Made by a program: the position numbers and the translations under genes
Part shown: in pieces, positions 50,806 to 62,006 of the stretch
Layout of the letters: every line of letters begins with the position of its first letter
Numbering within the stretch: the first letter of the stretch is position 1
Notes under the pieces: generated by a model
The model's input: only the letters and a program-made list of their open reading frames with translations
Told to the model about the DNA's origin: nothing
Databases searched by the model: none
Assembly: GCA_051942205.1 (NCBI GenBank)
Contig: JAVECO010000073.1
Coordinates: 1-64,000, forward strand
Direction of reading: 5' to 3'
Source: Coniocarpon cinnabarinum
Taxonomy: Eukaryota
Length of the DNA stretch: 64,000 nucleotides

Positions 50806-53800
50806 CTAAAATGTTGATGCTTCGGTCTCCAACTCCGGACTGTTGTACGTACTGTTTGACCCTAGCATGCCGTACGACTCTCCCATGGCGGCCTCCTTGC
50901 TCACCTCTGCAAGCACGCTGGCCATGACACCAGCGTTTGCCATTAGTCCGTGCCCTTCACCTTCAAGGACACGGATCTCAGCTTTCTGCAAGACTTGCAT
51001 TCCCAGCCATTTCACATTCTCAAGTGGCACACGGCTGTCTTTGCTCCCGTGTCGAATCACAACCTCACGCGCCACGTCGCGATAGCGGAAACCGATGGGA
51101 CCACTGCGCTCCAGGCAAACAAGCAGGTCGACCGCCGGATTGGCATTGTGCGTGGCGAGCTCCCATATTGATGAGGTGAGTTGCTCGTCGAAGCGCCGCT
51201 GCCACGCCAATGACTCCTCGGGCTTCTTGGAACTTGGCGTCGGCGCAGTTTTGGTAGGTGTGGACACAGCATCTTGCCCCGCCGAAAGCACCGCGGCGGC
51301 AAGGTTATGGTCGCTAGGAATAGCCACCAAGTTTTCAAGATGGGGCGAGCCACTGAACTTTGTTGATTTCTGTTCCAGGGATGATCTTGTTGTCAACGGA
51401 ACAGCTAGAAAGCTCGTTGCATTGTTGAACGCCTTGGCAGCACTCATGCTGGGACGTGGGCTAGTCATAACACTTGGGCTCGCACTGTTGACTTGAGAGC
51501 TCTTCCGAGGCGTGCTCGTTCCAGTCATCCTCCCGGCTCCATACGACGCACTGCCAAGTCTCAGGAAAGGCGTTGGGACATACCGTAGGAATCTCTGTGA
51601 CCGAGGCAGAGCTTGAGCACGTGCTGGAGAGCCTGCAGGAGAATCTAGCTTTGACTGAGCTGAAAGTTGAGAAGGTGGGATCCACGGAGCAAGCAAATGC
51701 ATCCTACCGCGGACGCGAGATGGCATTTTGAGTGCGGTGGCAAGCGCATAGATTGCGCCGGCCGAGTGAGCAATCAAAGAGAATGACTGTATCGAGAGAT
51801 GATTGCAAACGACGCGAACGTCATCCGGCCAATAGAGCGGAGCTCGTGTTTCTGAGTACGGGCTACTATCGCCTATACCTGGTCGCTCGATTGTGATAAG
51901 GCGAAGCTTCAAGTTGATTGCCAATTCTTCGTAGAACGCCATGACATATCGTGTCAAGCCCATACCCACGCAACAGAAGACAGCGTGTCCAGAAGGATCA
52001 CCGACTTCGGAGAATGATATCGTTCGAGTGTCTGCTGGCGGTGAGATGCGTTGAGACAGTCTTGGAGATGCAAGAAATTCTTCTACGGCTCCACGAACCA
52101 TATCAGCACTTGGACGGTCCTCTTCGAGTTGTTTATCATCGAGAATGGGTGACTGTGTCGCAGGAAGTTTCTCGGTCTTGCTCGAATCGGTACGAGTGTG
52201 TCTTTGGTACGAGGACTTGGCCGCAGCTAGAAGATCCGGGTTGGACCATCGCTGGATCCTTGATGCTGATCGAGAGAGCGTCGTCTCCTTCGTCGGCTGC
52301 ACATTCTTGCCCTGCGCAGAGGGCTTGGGGGGAGATGCGGGTCTTGGCGACAATGGCCTTCCGTCAATGCCTGTGGGCCGTGGACGTGAGAAGCTTGCCC
52401 GTGTCGGAGACAGTGATGCAGAGTCTAGGCGAGGTGGTGGTCTCAGAGACGTCGTAACATTTGTTGTGAGAGCAATCTCATGCTCCTGAAGTGTGGTGGC
52501 TTCCTTGATCTGCTTCACCGCGGTTAATGTATCCGGCGGTTTTTGCTTCGCTAAGGAAGTTGTGCGGGGCCCTGCTGTCGGACCAAGTTGGTTTGGATTA
52601 CTGATCAGCGAGTGCGACCGTTTCTTCTCTTTCTTCTCCCTTTCCTCTTTCGCCGCCCTCAGCTCGCGTATCCTCCGTAACACGCTGGTCTCAGCCTCGA
52701 GCTCAGCATCTTCTGTTTCAGGTTTCGAAGGTCCTGCCACGGTGGTCGGTTCTTGCTCCCCGGGCCCAGCTTGGCCGTCTTCATTCTCTTCCTCCCGTAC
52801 GGTCTCCGGCGATGGATGTTGACTCCGAACACTGGATCTCCTTGACGATCGCCGCGACGACCGACCAAACTTGGGTGGACTTGCAGAAGTGCGTCCGACC
52901 GAGGAGCTTCTGGAGGGTATGACTTTGCGCCTGTCGAATTGCTGACCTTTCTTATCATGCACGATCACAAAATTGTCATTTGACGGCTCTGGTCTCAGTG
53001 CTCTATGAGTCTTCCGGTGCGTGTTGATGTCGTCTTGACCTTTCGGAGCGCGGATCGGCGACCTGGCCGCCGGAGAGACGTGTTCAGAGAGGAATAGGCG
53101 ATTCGATGGAGGCGATCGACTTCTGGCGACAGGACTGCGGACGTGTAGATCTCGAGGCGGAGGCTGAAGAGGACTGTAAAGGGGGCTCACTGGCGATTCG
53201 GGGCCTGCGCGTTGCTTGCCTTTGGCTTCTCTTGACTTGGTAACTTGCAGGCTGTCTCGTTGACCCCTGGCCGTCAGTGCGCGAGCCCTCCGTGCCTCGT
53301 CCGAGGATTTCTTGGCTTTGCTCGTCTTCGAAGCAGTCGCGCTCTCTTCGGGAAGCTGCGGCAGCGTCGGCTCCTGCCGCTGTCTCGATGGAGGGGCCGT
53401 TGAGTTTGGTGAGCCTGAGAGGGAACTGCGAAGACTTTGAGAGGTCCGGCGCTTGCTGGGTTGTTTGGGCGCAGTGAGCTTCGAGTAACCTGATGGCGAT
53501 CGGGACGTCTTGATGGTGGGAGCATCGGCGACATGAGTGACGGACACCTCGCCGATGGAAGGGGCTGAACCGGCGGCGGAGCGCTCGTCGAGAGAAGGAA
53601 TCTCCTCGTGAAGGGTAGAGGTCGCGGGCGGCTCGCGAGAGAAGACGGAGGTGGGCGGTGGCGCGCGTCCCGAGGAATTGGACTTGATGGACAGAGGCGC
53701 GGGACGCAGAGACGTGTGGTGGTCAGGGATGAGAGGCGAGTAGCTGTCGGAGTCGGCGGGGAGGGAGAGAGAGGAGAGGGAGGCGAGGAGGTTGTTGATT

Positions 53801-53880
53801 ACATCTGGAGAAGCCTCTTTGACGCGGATGTCGTTTGGCGATCGTTTGACCGTCTGCGTCCCACCATTGGCCAAGGACAT
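50806..53880 (-). CDS. alpha/beta-hydrolase with long disordered N-terminal region
   Basis: ISFSEVGDP, LITIERPGIGDS, nucleophile elbow AHSAGA, HGSKDSRVP and EGEGHGL (Ser-Asp-His triad). Confidence 0.92.
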   Translation of the reverse strand: MSLANGGTQTVKRSPNDIRVKEASPDVINNLLASLSSLSLPADSDSYSPLIPDHHTSLRPAPLSIKSNSSGRAPPPTSVFSREPPATSTLHEEIPSLDERSAAGSAPSIGEVSVTHVADAPTIKTSRSPSGYSKLTAPKQPSKRRTSQSLRSSLSGSPNSTAPPSRQRQEPTLPQLPEESATASKTSKAKKSSDEARRARALTARGQRDSLQVTKSREAKGKQRAGPESPVSPLYSPLQPPPRDLHVRSPVARSRSPPSNRLFLSEHVSPAARSPIRAPKGQDDINTHRKTHRALRPEPSNDNFVIVHDKKGQQFDRRKVIPSRSSSVGRTSASPPKFGRSSRRSSRRSSVRSQHPSPETVREEENEDGQAGPGEQEPTTVAGPSKPETEDAELEAETSVLRRIRELRAAKEEREKKEKKRSHSLISNPNQLGPTAGPRTTSLAKQKPPDTLTAVKQIKEATTLQEHEIALTTNVTTSLRPPPRLDSASLSPTRASFSRPRPTGIDGRPLSPRPASPPKPSAQGKNVQPTKETTLSRSASRIQRWSNPDLLAAAKSSYQRHTRTDSSKTEKLPATQSPILDDKQLEEDRPSADMVRGAVEEFLASPRLSQRISPPADTRTISFSEVGDPSGHAVFCCVGMGLTRYVMAFYEELAINLKLRLITIERPGIGDSSPYSETRAPLYWPDDVRVVCNHLSIQSFSLIAHSAGAIYALATALKMPSRVRGRMHLLAPWIPPSQLSAQSKLDSPAGSPARAQALPRSQRFLRYVPTPFLRLGSASYGAGRMTGTSTPRKSSQVNSASPSVMTSPRPSMSAAKAFNNATSFLAVPLTTRSSLEQKSTKFSGSPHLENLVAIPSDHNLAAAVLSAGQDAVSTPTKTAPTPSSKKPEESLAWQRRFDEQLTSSIWELATHNANPAVDLLVCLERSGPIGFRYRDVAREVVIRHGSKDSRVPLENVKWLGMQVLQKAEIRVLEGEGHGLMANAGVMASVLAEVSKEAAMGESYGMLGSNSTYNSPELETEASTF

Positions 53881-54796
53881 GGCTGCGGCCGGCGGGACGA
53901 GGGCAGGTGGACAATATCAAGCAGCTGCAGCAGGAGTCTGATGGTGGGACTGCCAGATTTGGCGAATCAATACTTGCACCGGGCGGATCGTGGGTCAGAA
54001 TATTGGTGGTGTAGTTAAGCTTAAACGACGGGAGGAAGCAGTGGAGAGGGAGAGCAACAGGCCATTCGTCGCACCCACACCGTGTCGGGGGCCCGTTGGC
54101 ATGTTGCAGAGACGGTGGGAGGAGCGAGAGTGTGCGACGGGCGCGCGCAGAGGGCTGTTGTCGCATACAGCGAAGTGAAGTACCCAGGCGTGGTTGCTGC
54201 GAGCCAGATAGAAGAGAGAGAAGCGGATGATGAACGGGGGCGAAACCTTGAGCAGACAGCCAATCAGCGTCCGCACTTCTTGAATCAAGCGAGCCCCCGT
54301 CGCAAATCACGGGCAGTCTCTGATCGTCTCCTCTCTCCAGCCCCGAACTGCAGGCCGCACTGTGCACAGCCGTTGTCTGTCAAATTCCATCTCCATCTGC
54401 GCATCAATTCTCATTGGCCTGTGGCTTTGGCGCACTCCTGAGCCAGCGATGGGATCTACCTCACGAGCAGAGACGATCCAAGAGTCACGTGCTTGCGCGT
54501 CTCGCGTAGCGTAGGTGCCAAAACAGGCTTGGCGTGATTCCAATGTGACGTAGCTGGGGAGTGCAGTCGAAAGGAGGCTGAGGTGTTGGCAGCCATCACG
54601 ACGTTCTCCATCATCCTCTTCACACGTGTATATTTCATGAGAAGAAGCGTCCTATCTTGCAGTCTTCACGTCTTGATCTTGGGGCGACTTATAGAGCCTT
54701 GATTGGATAGACTCGAATGCGCGCCGCTGACACGCGTCGAAGCCATATCGCGTCACATTCCTTGGAGATCCTCACATCCATACATTTCCACGAGGC

Positions 54797-55897
54797 ATGG
54801 CATTCGGCCTCCCTTGGTTGAGCCTCAACTACCTCCTCTCGGTGCCTTTGGTATCTTACTATCTGCTTCCCACCACCACGTCCGGTTGGTCTACTTACCT
54901 GAACCTCTTCTTTTTCTCCATCGCCTGGACCTCGCTTGTCTGGACCCAGCCTCCTTTGGCCGTCGAATTCTTCTCTCTCCTTCTCGTCCGGCTTTGCTGC
55001 TTCATTCTCCCCTCGCTGGTCTTCCTCGGTTTCGACATCTCCGTCCCAACCGCAGCCAACAGCCTCAAAGCACGTGACGATGCCTTGCCCTTCGAGGCGG
55101 CGGGGAGGTCGTCTTCCCAGTCACAGACCGAACGTCTTGCGCGCATCGTGGGGCTCGCCGTGCTCAACACTCTCATCGCCGTCACGCTGACCGTTGGCAT
55201 TGACTTCATCTTCATAGACGTGCTGCATATGCGCTCGGTGCTGCGCATTACTTCAAGATTACCAACACCATGGACTCTCATCTTGGACGTCGTCAAAGCT
55301 GTGATGATGCGTGGGGTCATCATGTACTACGTTCATCGCTTTCTTTTGCACGGGGGCCGCTATTCACCATTGCTCTCGAAAGCGCATCGCGACTATGCTC
55401 ACAGCCTTGCGAATGCGCTGCCGTTCGCCGCGGCTTACGATCATCCGGCGCCATATTTGTTGCATCGATGGCTACCGCTGTACCTACCAGCGCTCTTGTT
55501 CAGAATGCACATCTTCACATATATGGCGTTCAACGCCTTGGTGAGCCTCGAAGAAGCATTCGTCTATTCCGGGTATCAAGTCTTGCCGTCCACGATTCTC
55601 CTCACTGGCATGGCAAGGAGGCAGGAGAGACACATCTTGAGCAATGGAAAGGGCAACTATGCACCTTACGGCATTCTCGACTTTGCACATGGAACGAGTA
55701 TTGGCGAGGGCGATGTGATCGATGACTTGGAGAGAGAGGCGAAGAAGCGAGACGTTAAAGGCAAAGCGAACCGTGCCGTTGATGCGGCTCGTGACGCAGT
55801 GGACCGAAGGCGGGGTTCTGGCATAGATGAGGACCTTGACGACGCTGACGGGATTGGTAATGGACCTCGTAGAAGGAGAGGAAAGAAGGGAATCTAG
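54797..55897 (+). CDS. sterol desaturase / fatty-acid hydroxylase superfamily membrane protein with degenerate His boxes
   Basis: Several TM helices; YYVHRFLLH, AAYDHP and GNYAPYGILDFAHGT family motifs. Confidence 0.88.
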   Translation: MAFGLPWLSLNYLLSVPLVSYYLLPTTTSGWSTYLNLFFFSIAWTSLVWTQPPLAVEFFSLLLVRLCCFILPSLVFLGFDISVPTAANSLKARDDALPFEAAGRSSSQSQTERLARIVGLAVLNTLIAVTLTVGIDFIFIDVLHMRSVLRITSRLPTPWTLILDVVKAVMMRGVIMYYVHRFLLHGGRYSPLLSKAHRDYAHSLANALPFAAAYDHPAPYLLHRWLPLYLPALLFRMHIFTYMAFNALVSLEEAFVYSGYQVLPSTILLTGMARRQERHILSNGKGNYAPYGILDFAHGTSIGEGDVIDDLEREAKKRDVKGKANRAVDAARDAVDRRRGSGIDEDLDDADGIGNGPRRRRGKKGI

Positions 55898-56334
55898 TGC
55901 TCTGGAGGTCTACGAAACCCCGATTTGGATGTTCGCAAAATCTCTAAGCTTGAATACGGACAGTAATATGCCTCTAGGATTTAAGCGCCTTTGCAATCGC
56001 TCTTAAATAATTGGGTATGCGATAACGACGTCTTAATACTTGAGCGCTTGATAAGATGGCAGCGACTTCTGTCAATTGATGTTGAAAATCCTATCAATAT
56101 TTCACTGTGGATCTTTACCGCACAAACTGACAAGTGAGACGCTGCAACTAGTCCGGAACCTTGCAGTTCAGGTGAAGCACTGACCGAGCTGTACAAATAT
56201 AACGGAGTCCATGAGAAACTAACAGCCACATTCTAGCTGCAATTTCATCAAAATCAAGAGCCGACTTCAAAGCGCTTCTGACTGGAGTCCCTTCACACTT
56301 GACCCTTTCGCTGGCACATTCGAGCGGATTACGA

Positions 56335-57377
56335 ATGTCCAACACAGAACTGGACTCACCGAATCGTCGCCAAATGGCCTTACCTCCATCTCGTACTGCT
56401 GGAGGCGTCAATGCTCTACTGATCGACTTTGCTGAAAGTGATCTGCAGCAAAGCATAGCAAAAGAACAAAATGAACTGGCCCATGTTCTGCGCGTATTAT
56501 TCTTTTGGAGCGTGCGAATCATTTCTCTGCCTCCTAGTCAGATCAATCAGCCAGAGGACTTTGCAGATGAAATGATAGGCGTCATCCAGGAGCATATGCA
56601 AACCAATGGACATAAGCCGGATCTAGCTTTCATTCACGTTGTATGTCATGGTGTAGTTGAAGACGGCCGGCTGCTCTTGAAAGCAACGTAATGCAGCCTC
56701 AACTCCTTATGTCTGAGTCTAATGCTAAAATCCGCAGCAATACTTCAGCGAGTGCATACGTGCATTGGGATACTATTCAAGAGTATGTGGACGACACATT
56801 TTTTCTCGGGACTATTCTCAGCCTTGATTGTTGTTATGCTGGCCAGGCCCTCCCCAGCTTGCGCTTTAACGACAACCATAATGGCATGGATGGATGGAAT
56901 AAACAACGAGAATTGATTCTTGCGTGCTCTTCGAATCAGGGAGCTCCTTGCGGTTCAGACTCCTTGACTGCAGGACTGGCAAGGTCTTTCGGCCGGCTGG
57001 CCTGCATGCTTACAACATTTTCAGTATTTGATCTCGTTTCTGACAGGTGGACGAGACATCAAAGGGATGAGGACGATGAAATAGTTAACCCAATCGCCTA
57101 TAAGCTCTACGTCTTCACCCCGACCATCGAGCTGCTACCTTCTTTCTCTAGGCTTTCAACTTACGCAATACAGGATGCCGCCCTGCCAAAGGAGGAAAGC
57201 GTGTCTCGCAGGACTGCCATAATAGTCTATTCATCATGTCGAAACTGTCTTCCGCGGCGCAGGCGCGTGGACGCCAAGGACCAGATTTCCTACCTTGCGA
57301 TCCCACAGGCATCTGTCGATGCTTTTCGAACGCCAGGACATGTGAGTCGAAGTACAGGACACCAGAGCGATACATAA
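56335..57377 (+). CDS. caspase-fold (peptidase C14/CHAT clan-like) domain protein; join(56335..56687,56738..about 57377), 3' end uncertain
   Basis: Hydrophobic strand plus HG (FIHVVCHG) and strand plus DCC (ILSLDCCYAG), later LILAC...SLT; 50-nt intron GTAATG...CTAAT...CAG joins both halves in frame. Confidence 0.72.
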
Positions 57378-58067
57378 TAATGAATGTGTTCAGGCGTTCA
57401 CCGGCTGCAACATAAGGGCTGTGTTACTAACACATTCGAGCAAATTGTGCGCGCACACAGATTTTGTCATAAAGCATATGGATCGACCTATCGATCAATC
57501 TGAAGACATCACCATCCTGGTTGAACCTCCACCGGGATTACTGGTGCTGCATGCCATCCCACTAAGGGAGAAAGGAAGTTCCGCAAAGACTCCGGACACG
57601 TCAAAGGTGCTTTAAGGCTAAATGGGCTTTGATCCAGCGACTAATCGAAAGACGATCTAGAAGTCGACGGACGTTAGGAATCAGGTTCCGCTTGGCATTG
57701 GCAAGGGCGACGGACAAAAGCCGTTGTGGGGTTTCGGTTTAGGCAGCGAGCCTCTGCGATGAGGAGATTCCGGGTCATGAAGCTCCTCATCAGTAGAATG
57801 GCGAAAGAACTCCTGCAACTTATTAGACGCTAGATTAACGTGCGGCAAGTGCCTCCCGTCTCGATGCTTATATAAATTTGCCAAGGCACTAGCACTGCTA
57901 GCGTATCGACAGATCTTCACCTGCGGACATCTATCGTGTACAGCTGCTCTCTTGACTTGCAACTCTTTAGCTTTGAGCTCAAACACCGTTCTCTCACGCT
58001 CGAGTCGGGAGACTCGTCAATACTGCTAATCAATAAAGTGCTCCAGCAGCGAAACATTGTCGCTGCA

Positions 58068-59524
58068 ATGGCCACCAAACACGACATTGCGGCCAGTGAG
58101 CCGATGGCAGACGCAGCGGCTTCTTTTCCTCGCACCAGGGAGGAAATGGATCAGGACGACCGTGTCTTCTACTCCGATGAGCAAGAAAAGTGGATGCTCG
58201 ATGACGATGGGCCGGAGTATGAGTGGGAGGAAGCAACCAAGACTTGGATCTTAGCGGTACGCTTCTAGTGCATCCAGCTCCTCATCCGAGTGAACATGGA
58301 AACTCCACCGTTTCCATGTCGGGATCTGCGTGCACATACTCATACGCATTCTTTTGCGCAAACAGAATGAAGAGAGTAAAGAGCAGAAGGATCCGCAAGA
58401 TACAGATCCAACTCAGCCGCTGAGCAAGAAGCGCAAACTTGAAAGCGAGGCAAGTAGCCCTCTCCAAATCACTGTTGTATGAGTCTAATTTGCCGCAAAT
58501 ACAGGGTAGCAACTCATCCAAAAAGGCAAAGAAAGCCATTCAAGAGAAGCAGAACACCGCCGTTTACGTAACTTCCATTCCTCTTGACGCGGACGTCGAC
58601 GAGATCAAGTCGGTCTTTGGCAAATATGGCTTGATCGCCGAGGCCATCGACAGCAGTCGCCCTCGCATTAAAATGTACAAGGATAAGAATGGAAGGTTCA
58701 CAGGAGAGGCTTTGGTGGTATATTTCCGACCAGAGAGCATCTCATTGGCAATACAAATGCTCGACGATTCTGATTTCCGGCCGGGGTATGAGAGCTCCGT
58801 CTTGACGCACGATAAAAAAAGTTGTCACAATGCTGACGCCCTGTTCAACAGCGTAACTGGGCCTGGAGGATCAATGAGAGTGTCTGAAGCGGACCCAAAC
58901 TTCAAAAAGGTGCAGGATGGTCCGACCGAAGTCAAGAAAGATGACCAGGATGATGAATTGAAACTGCGCAAGAAAGCCCCCTCACGCAGTAACAAACAGG
59001 TCAAAGCCAAAACAACGAGCATGAACAGGTTCGCGCTTTGTTGTCGAGTGACTACGTCCATCAGCTAATTGTTCTAAAGCAAATTAGCGGATTGGTCGTC
59101 AGACGAAGACGTTTCAGGCCTTCCACAAACAAGCAATCGCTATGAGAGGCTCGTGGTTCTCAAACACATGTTCTCGATCGCACAGCTTGAAGATGATTCT
59201 GCCGCTCTTGATGAGATTCGAGACGACATTCATGAGGAAGCTGAAAAGCTCGGCCAGGTCCTGAAGGTTACTATCTTTGACAAAGAACCCCTGGGTGTCG
59301 CGACGGTCAGCTTCAACGATCCTAGAGCCGCACAAGAGTGTGTCAAAGTGATGAACGGACGCCGCTTCGATGGCCGTACTGTCCTTGCTGGCATTGCTGA
59401 TGGTAGCGAAAAATTCAAGAAGACTTCAGGTCGAGCGGCGAAGGCGGAGCAGACTGAGAAGGAAGGAGAAACGGAGGGTCAGCGCATTGATGAGTTTGGG
59501 GATTGGTTGGAGGAAGATGAATGA
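58068..59524 (+). CDS. CUS2: U2 snRNP-associated factor Cus2/Uap2/Tat-SF1 (RRM + UHM); join(58068..58256,58366..58449,58505..58785,58852..59028,59080..59524)
   Basis: NTAVYVTSIP, RIKMYKD..G.F.GEALVVYFRPESI.LAIQMLD, KLADW, VVLKHMFS, MNGRRFDGR, RIDEFGDWLE; four introns, one of them GC-AG. Confidence 0.93.
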
Positions 59525-61089
59525 CGGATGGTGCAATCCTGCAATCCTAGAGCTGTATTGAACATCATTCTTATGCACAGTACTGCTGCCAGAGACCCGG
59601 AAACGAGCTACGAGACGGAAACCTTGGATTATCAGCTTCCTACACAAGCACTGCAGCATACTATTTCTACGGGTATGACTCAGATTAGAGCAACCATTCA
59701 ACGAGCTGTCAGAGCGGGCTCGTCCGAGATAGCTCAAGCCAGGTATTCAATCAGTACTTTGAATACACTGATCGGGCAGAATTTGGAAATGCCCCACCCA
59801 TATCGCAACATCCTGGCAGGCCATTCTACTGTTCTTTCTGTTCCCTGGCGTGGACGTGAAAACAACGGTCCCCGTAATTTAAGCAAGGAGCCCCTACCAT
59901 AATGAAAATACTAGCAATAAATCTATCAGCATGACGGCGCAAGAGTCTCGCTCATCAAAAAGCACAGAATTGTGTTTGGGCAGGTGCTTCGCCACGGAAA
60001 TCTCTGCCCTTAGCTAGACGCTCAAACAGGTGCCTCTCCTGAGTACGTAGAATGTCTGCAAACATGATCCCTGCTCTTCTTTGCTCTTCTCAAAATACTT
60101 TCACACCTCTGCCCGTGTCAATAGCCCATACTATCTCTGTCATATCCCGTGTATCTTCACATACACTATTTTTTCCCTACCAACTCTCACATCATGATGT
60201 CTTTCATTACTGTAGCATAGCTGAGCCTAGCTCAGCCTAGCTCAGGTCCTGAATCCTACGAGCTCGAAGATCAACACACTCTACAACCGCAGAAATAGAG
60301 TGCCAAAATACCAAAATTCGAGCATTTCGCGAGAGAACCAATGTTACATAACCAGGCTTCTATATGATAGACACGTCAATGCTTGAACCAGCATCTCAAT
60401 GCTCTGCGAGAACGCGAACACAACCGTAAAGATTGAAGCCATCTGTACCTTATAGCAACATCTCTCTTCAGCAAACAAGGCTCTACACAAGTACGCGAAT
60501 GGTTTGTATCACCAACACGCTGATATCAATGCTAAAACCTTGTTACCTTAAGTAGGAACGCCATATAATCTGCCGAAGTGGCGGAAGTATTACCTCGACT
60601 TGCAAGTAAGACCTCGTCACCTTCTGGAGAGTGTTTCGGAGCTGCGGTGCTTGAGTGTGATGATTGCAAATTCCTACCGTGAGCGCGACAGGTAGCTGGA
60701 CGCGTTCCTTCGGGTCCATCGTGCCTCTTTTAATCTAGGATTTCTTGATCCATTAATCACATCATCGTTCTGCGCTGTCTTCGTCCATCACAAGGGCGCC
60801 CTTCACTTGTACGCGGATGTGGGCTTGGACCGAGCGTATGTCTTATGAGCGGACCTAGGTCATCCATGGAGCATCACACGTGCTTTAGCGGACAGTGACT
60901 TGTTCTCGACAATATACTGGTTCGAGTTTGAGAGTTCGATATAGTGTAGCATGGCTTTGCGTGCACAGTGAGGCAGCATCGGATCTCAATGCTAGGGGTG
61001 GTGTGTTCGTTGGCGTCAGTGGTACCATGGCCGAATGCTCAGTGTAATACCAACAGCCAACTCTAGGCTTAATTAGGCGTTGCGGCACT

Positions 61090-61560
61090 TAATCAAGTGG
61101 ACTTTTCTAACTCTGATCGGATTGTAAAGATTTGCATACCTACTGAATGTTTTGTTGCTTCAACATCGCTATGAAGCCTTCTGGGACACCTTGAAAGAAT
61201 CTTGCAAGCAAGCTTCATGTAGCTCTTCGACGCGGAATCAGACATAAGCTTAGAGCCATTCTGCTCGAGCCTTTCCTCGCTCTTGCAGAGTAAAGTCTCT
61301 CCATTTCTTTCGACAATTTACTCAAGCGGCCGTTCTCTTCTCATGAATTCAACAAGCACACTCCTAGACCTTTGCACTAACACTGGACTTCGTTTTGAAA
61401 AGAGTGGAACTAACTCTTTGTCTTGCACCTGTTAGTTCTCTAAATTTGCGCTAAGTTTTTCGCAAGTCCTCGACATACTCGCGCTGCAGTCGTGCTCTGC
61501 CTTGCAAAAGCATCTTATCATCTGTACCTCTGTCTCAAGTGCTTGTTGTGTTGACTTTTC
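61090..61560 (-). pseudogene. possible decayed coiled-coil gene fragment
   Basis: Frame reads DDKMLLQGRARLQREYVEDLRKT*RKFRELTGARQRVSSTLFKTKSSVSAKV*EC with in-frame TAG stops. Confidence 0.22.
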
Positions 61561-62006
61561 TCACGTGTAGCGGAACCTGACGCAAGACTAGTTGTGACTG
61601 TGGACATGGTACAGATCATGTCTTAAATTTCCTTGCGCATCTGCCAGCTCCCGGTGTAATGGTCTTCTCTTACATCATAATAGCCGTATGGACATCTTTG
61701 CTCCAAGGCTGCGGCTGAACAGTGTCAGTAGCAATGCTATGACAAACCTAGTTTGTACCTACTACCAACAAGTCACACACATTGAAACGGATACGGCTGT
61801 CAAGCAAATAAGTAAGATGCTGTCGAAGACATATGAAGGTTAATTAATATCGGGTATCGTAGTCACTCGTACACGTCTTCGTCTCCCCAACGCCAATGAT
61901 GCAACGCTTCAAAGACAACCCTGTTTTCCCATGTCCCATATCTCTTTCTCGGCAAACGCTTGTTTCCTCATCTACATCGACCCACGAAAGACAGCCAAGG
62001 CCTTGA

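Noticed and set aside
54480..54670. CACGTG/TGACGT sites as a third copy of the inverted-repeat element
   Set aside because: The 19-nt spacing and inverted partner arm are absent; single E-boxes at about 2269, 9427, 10258, 38446 and 61561 also fail.
44181..57377. Possible secondary-metabolite cluster (sulfotransferase-like, hydrolase, desaturase-like genes)
   Set aside because: No backbone synthase; the genes are interspersed with VPS20 and other housekeeping genes.
60215..60247. CCTAGCTCAG duplication with a short palindrome, superficially like a tRNA A-box
   Set aside because: No cloverleaf or GTTCRA B-box downstream.
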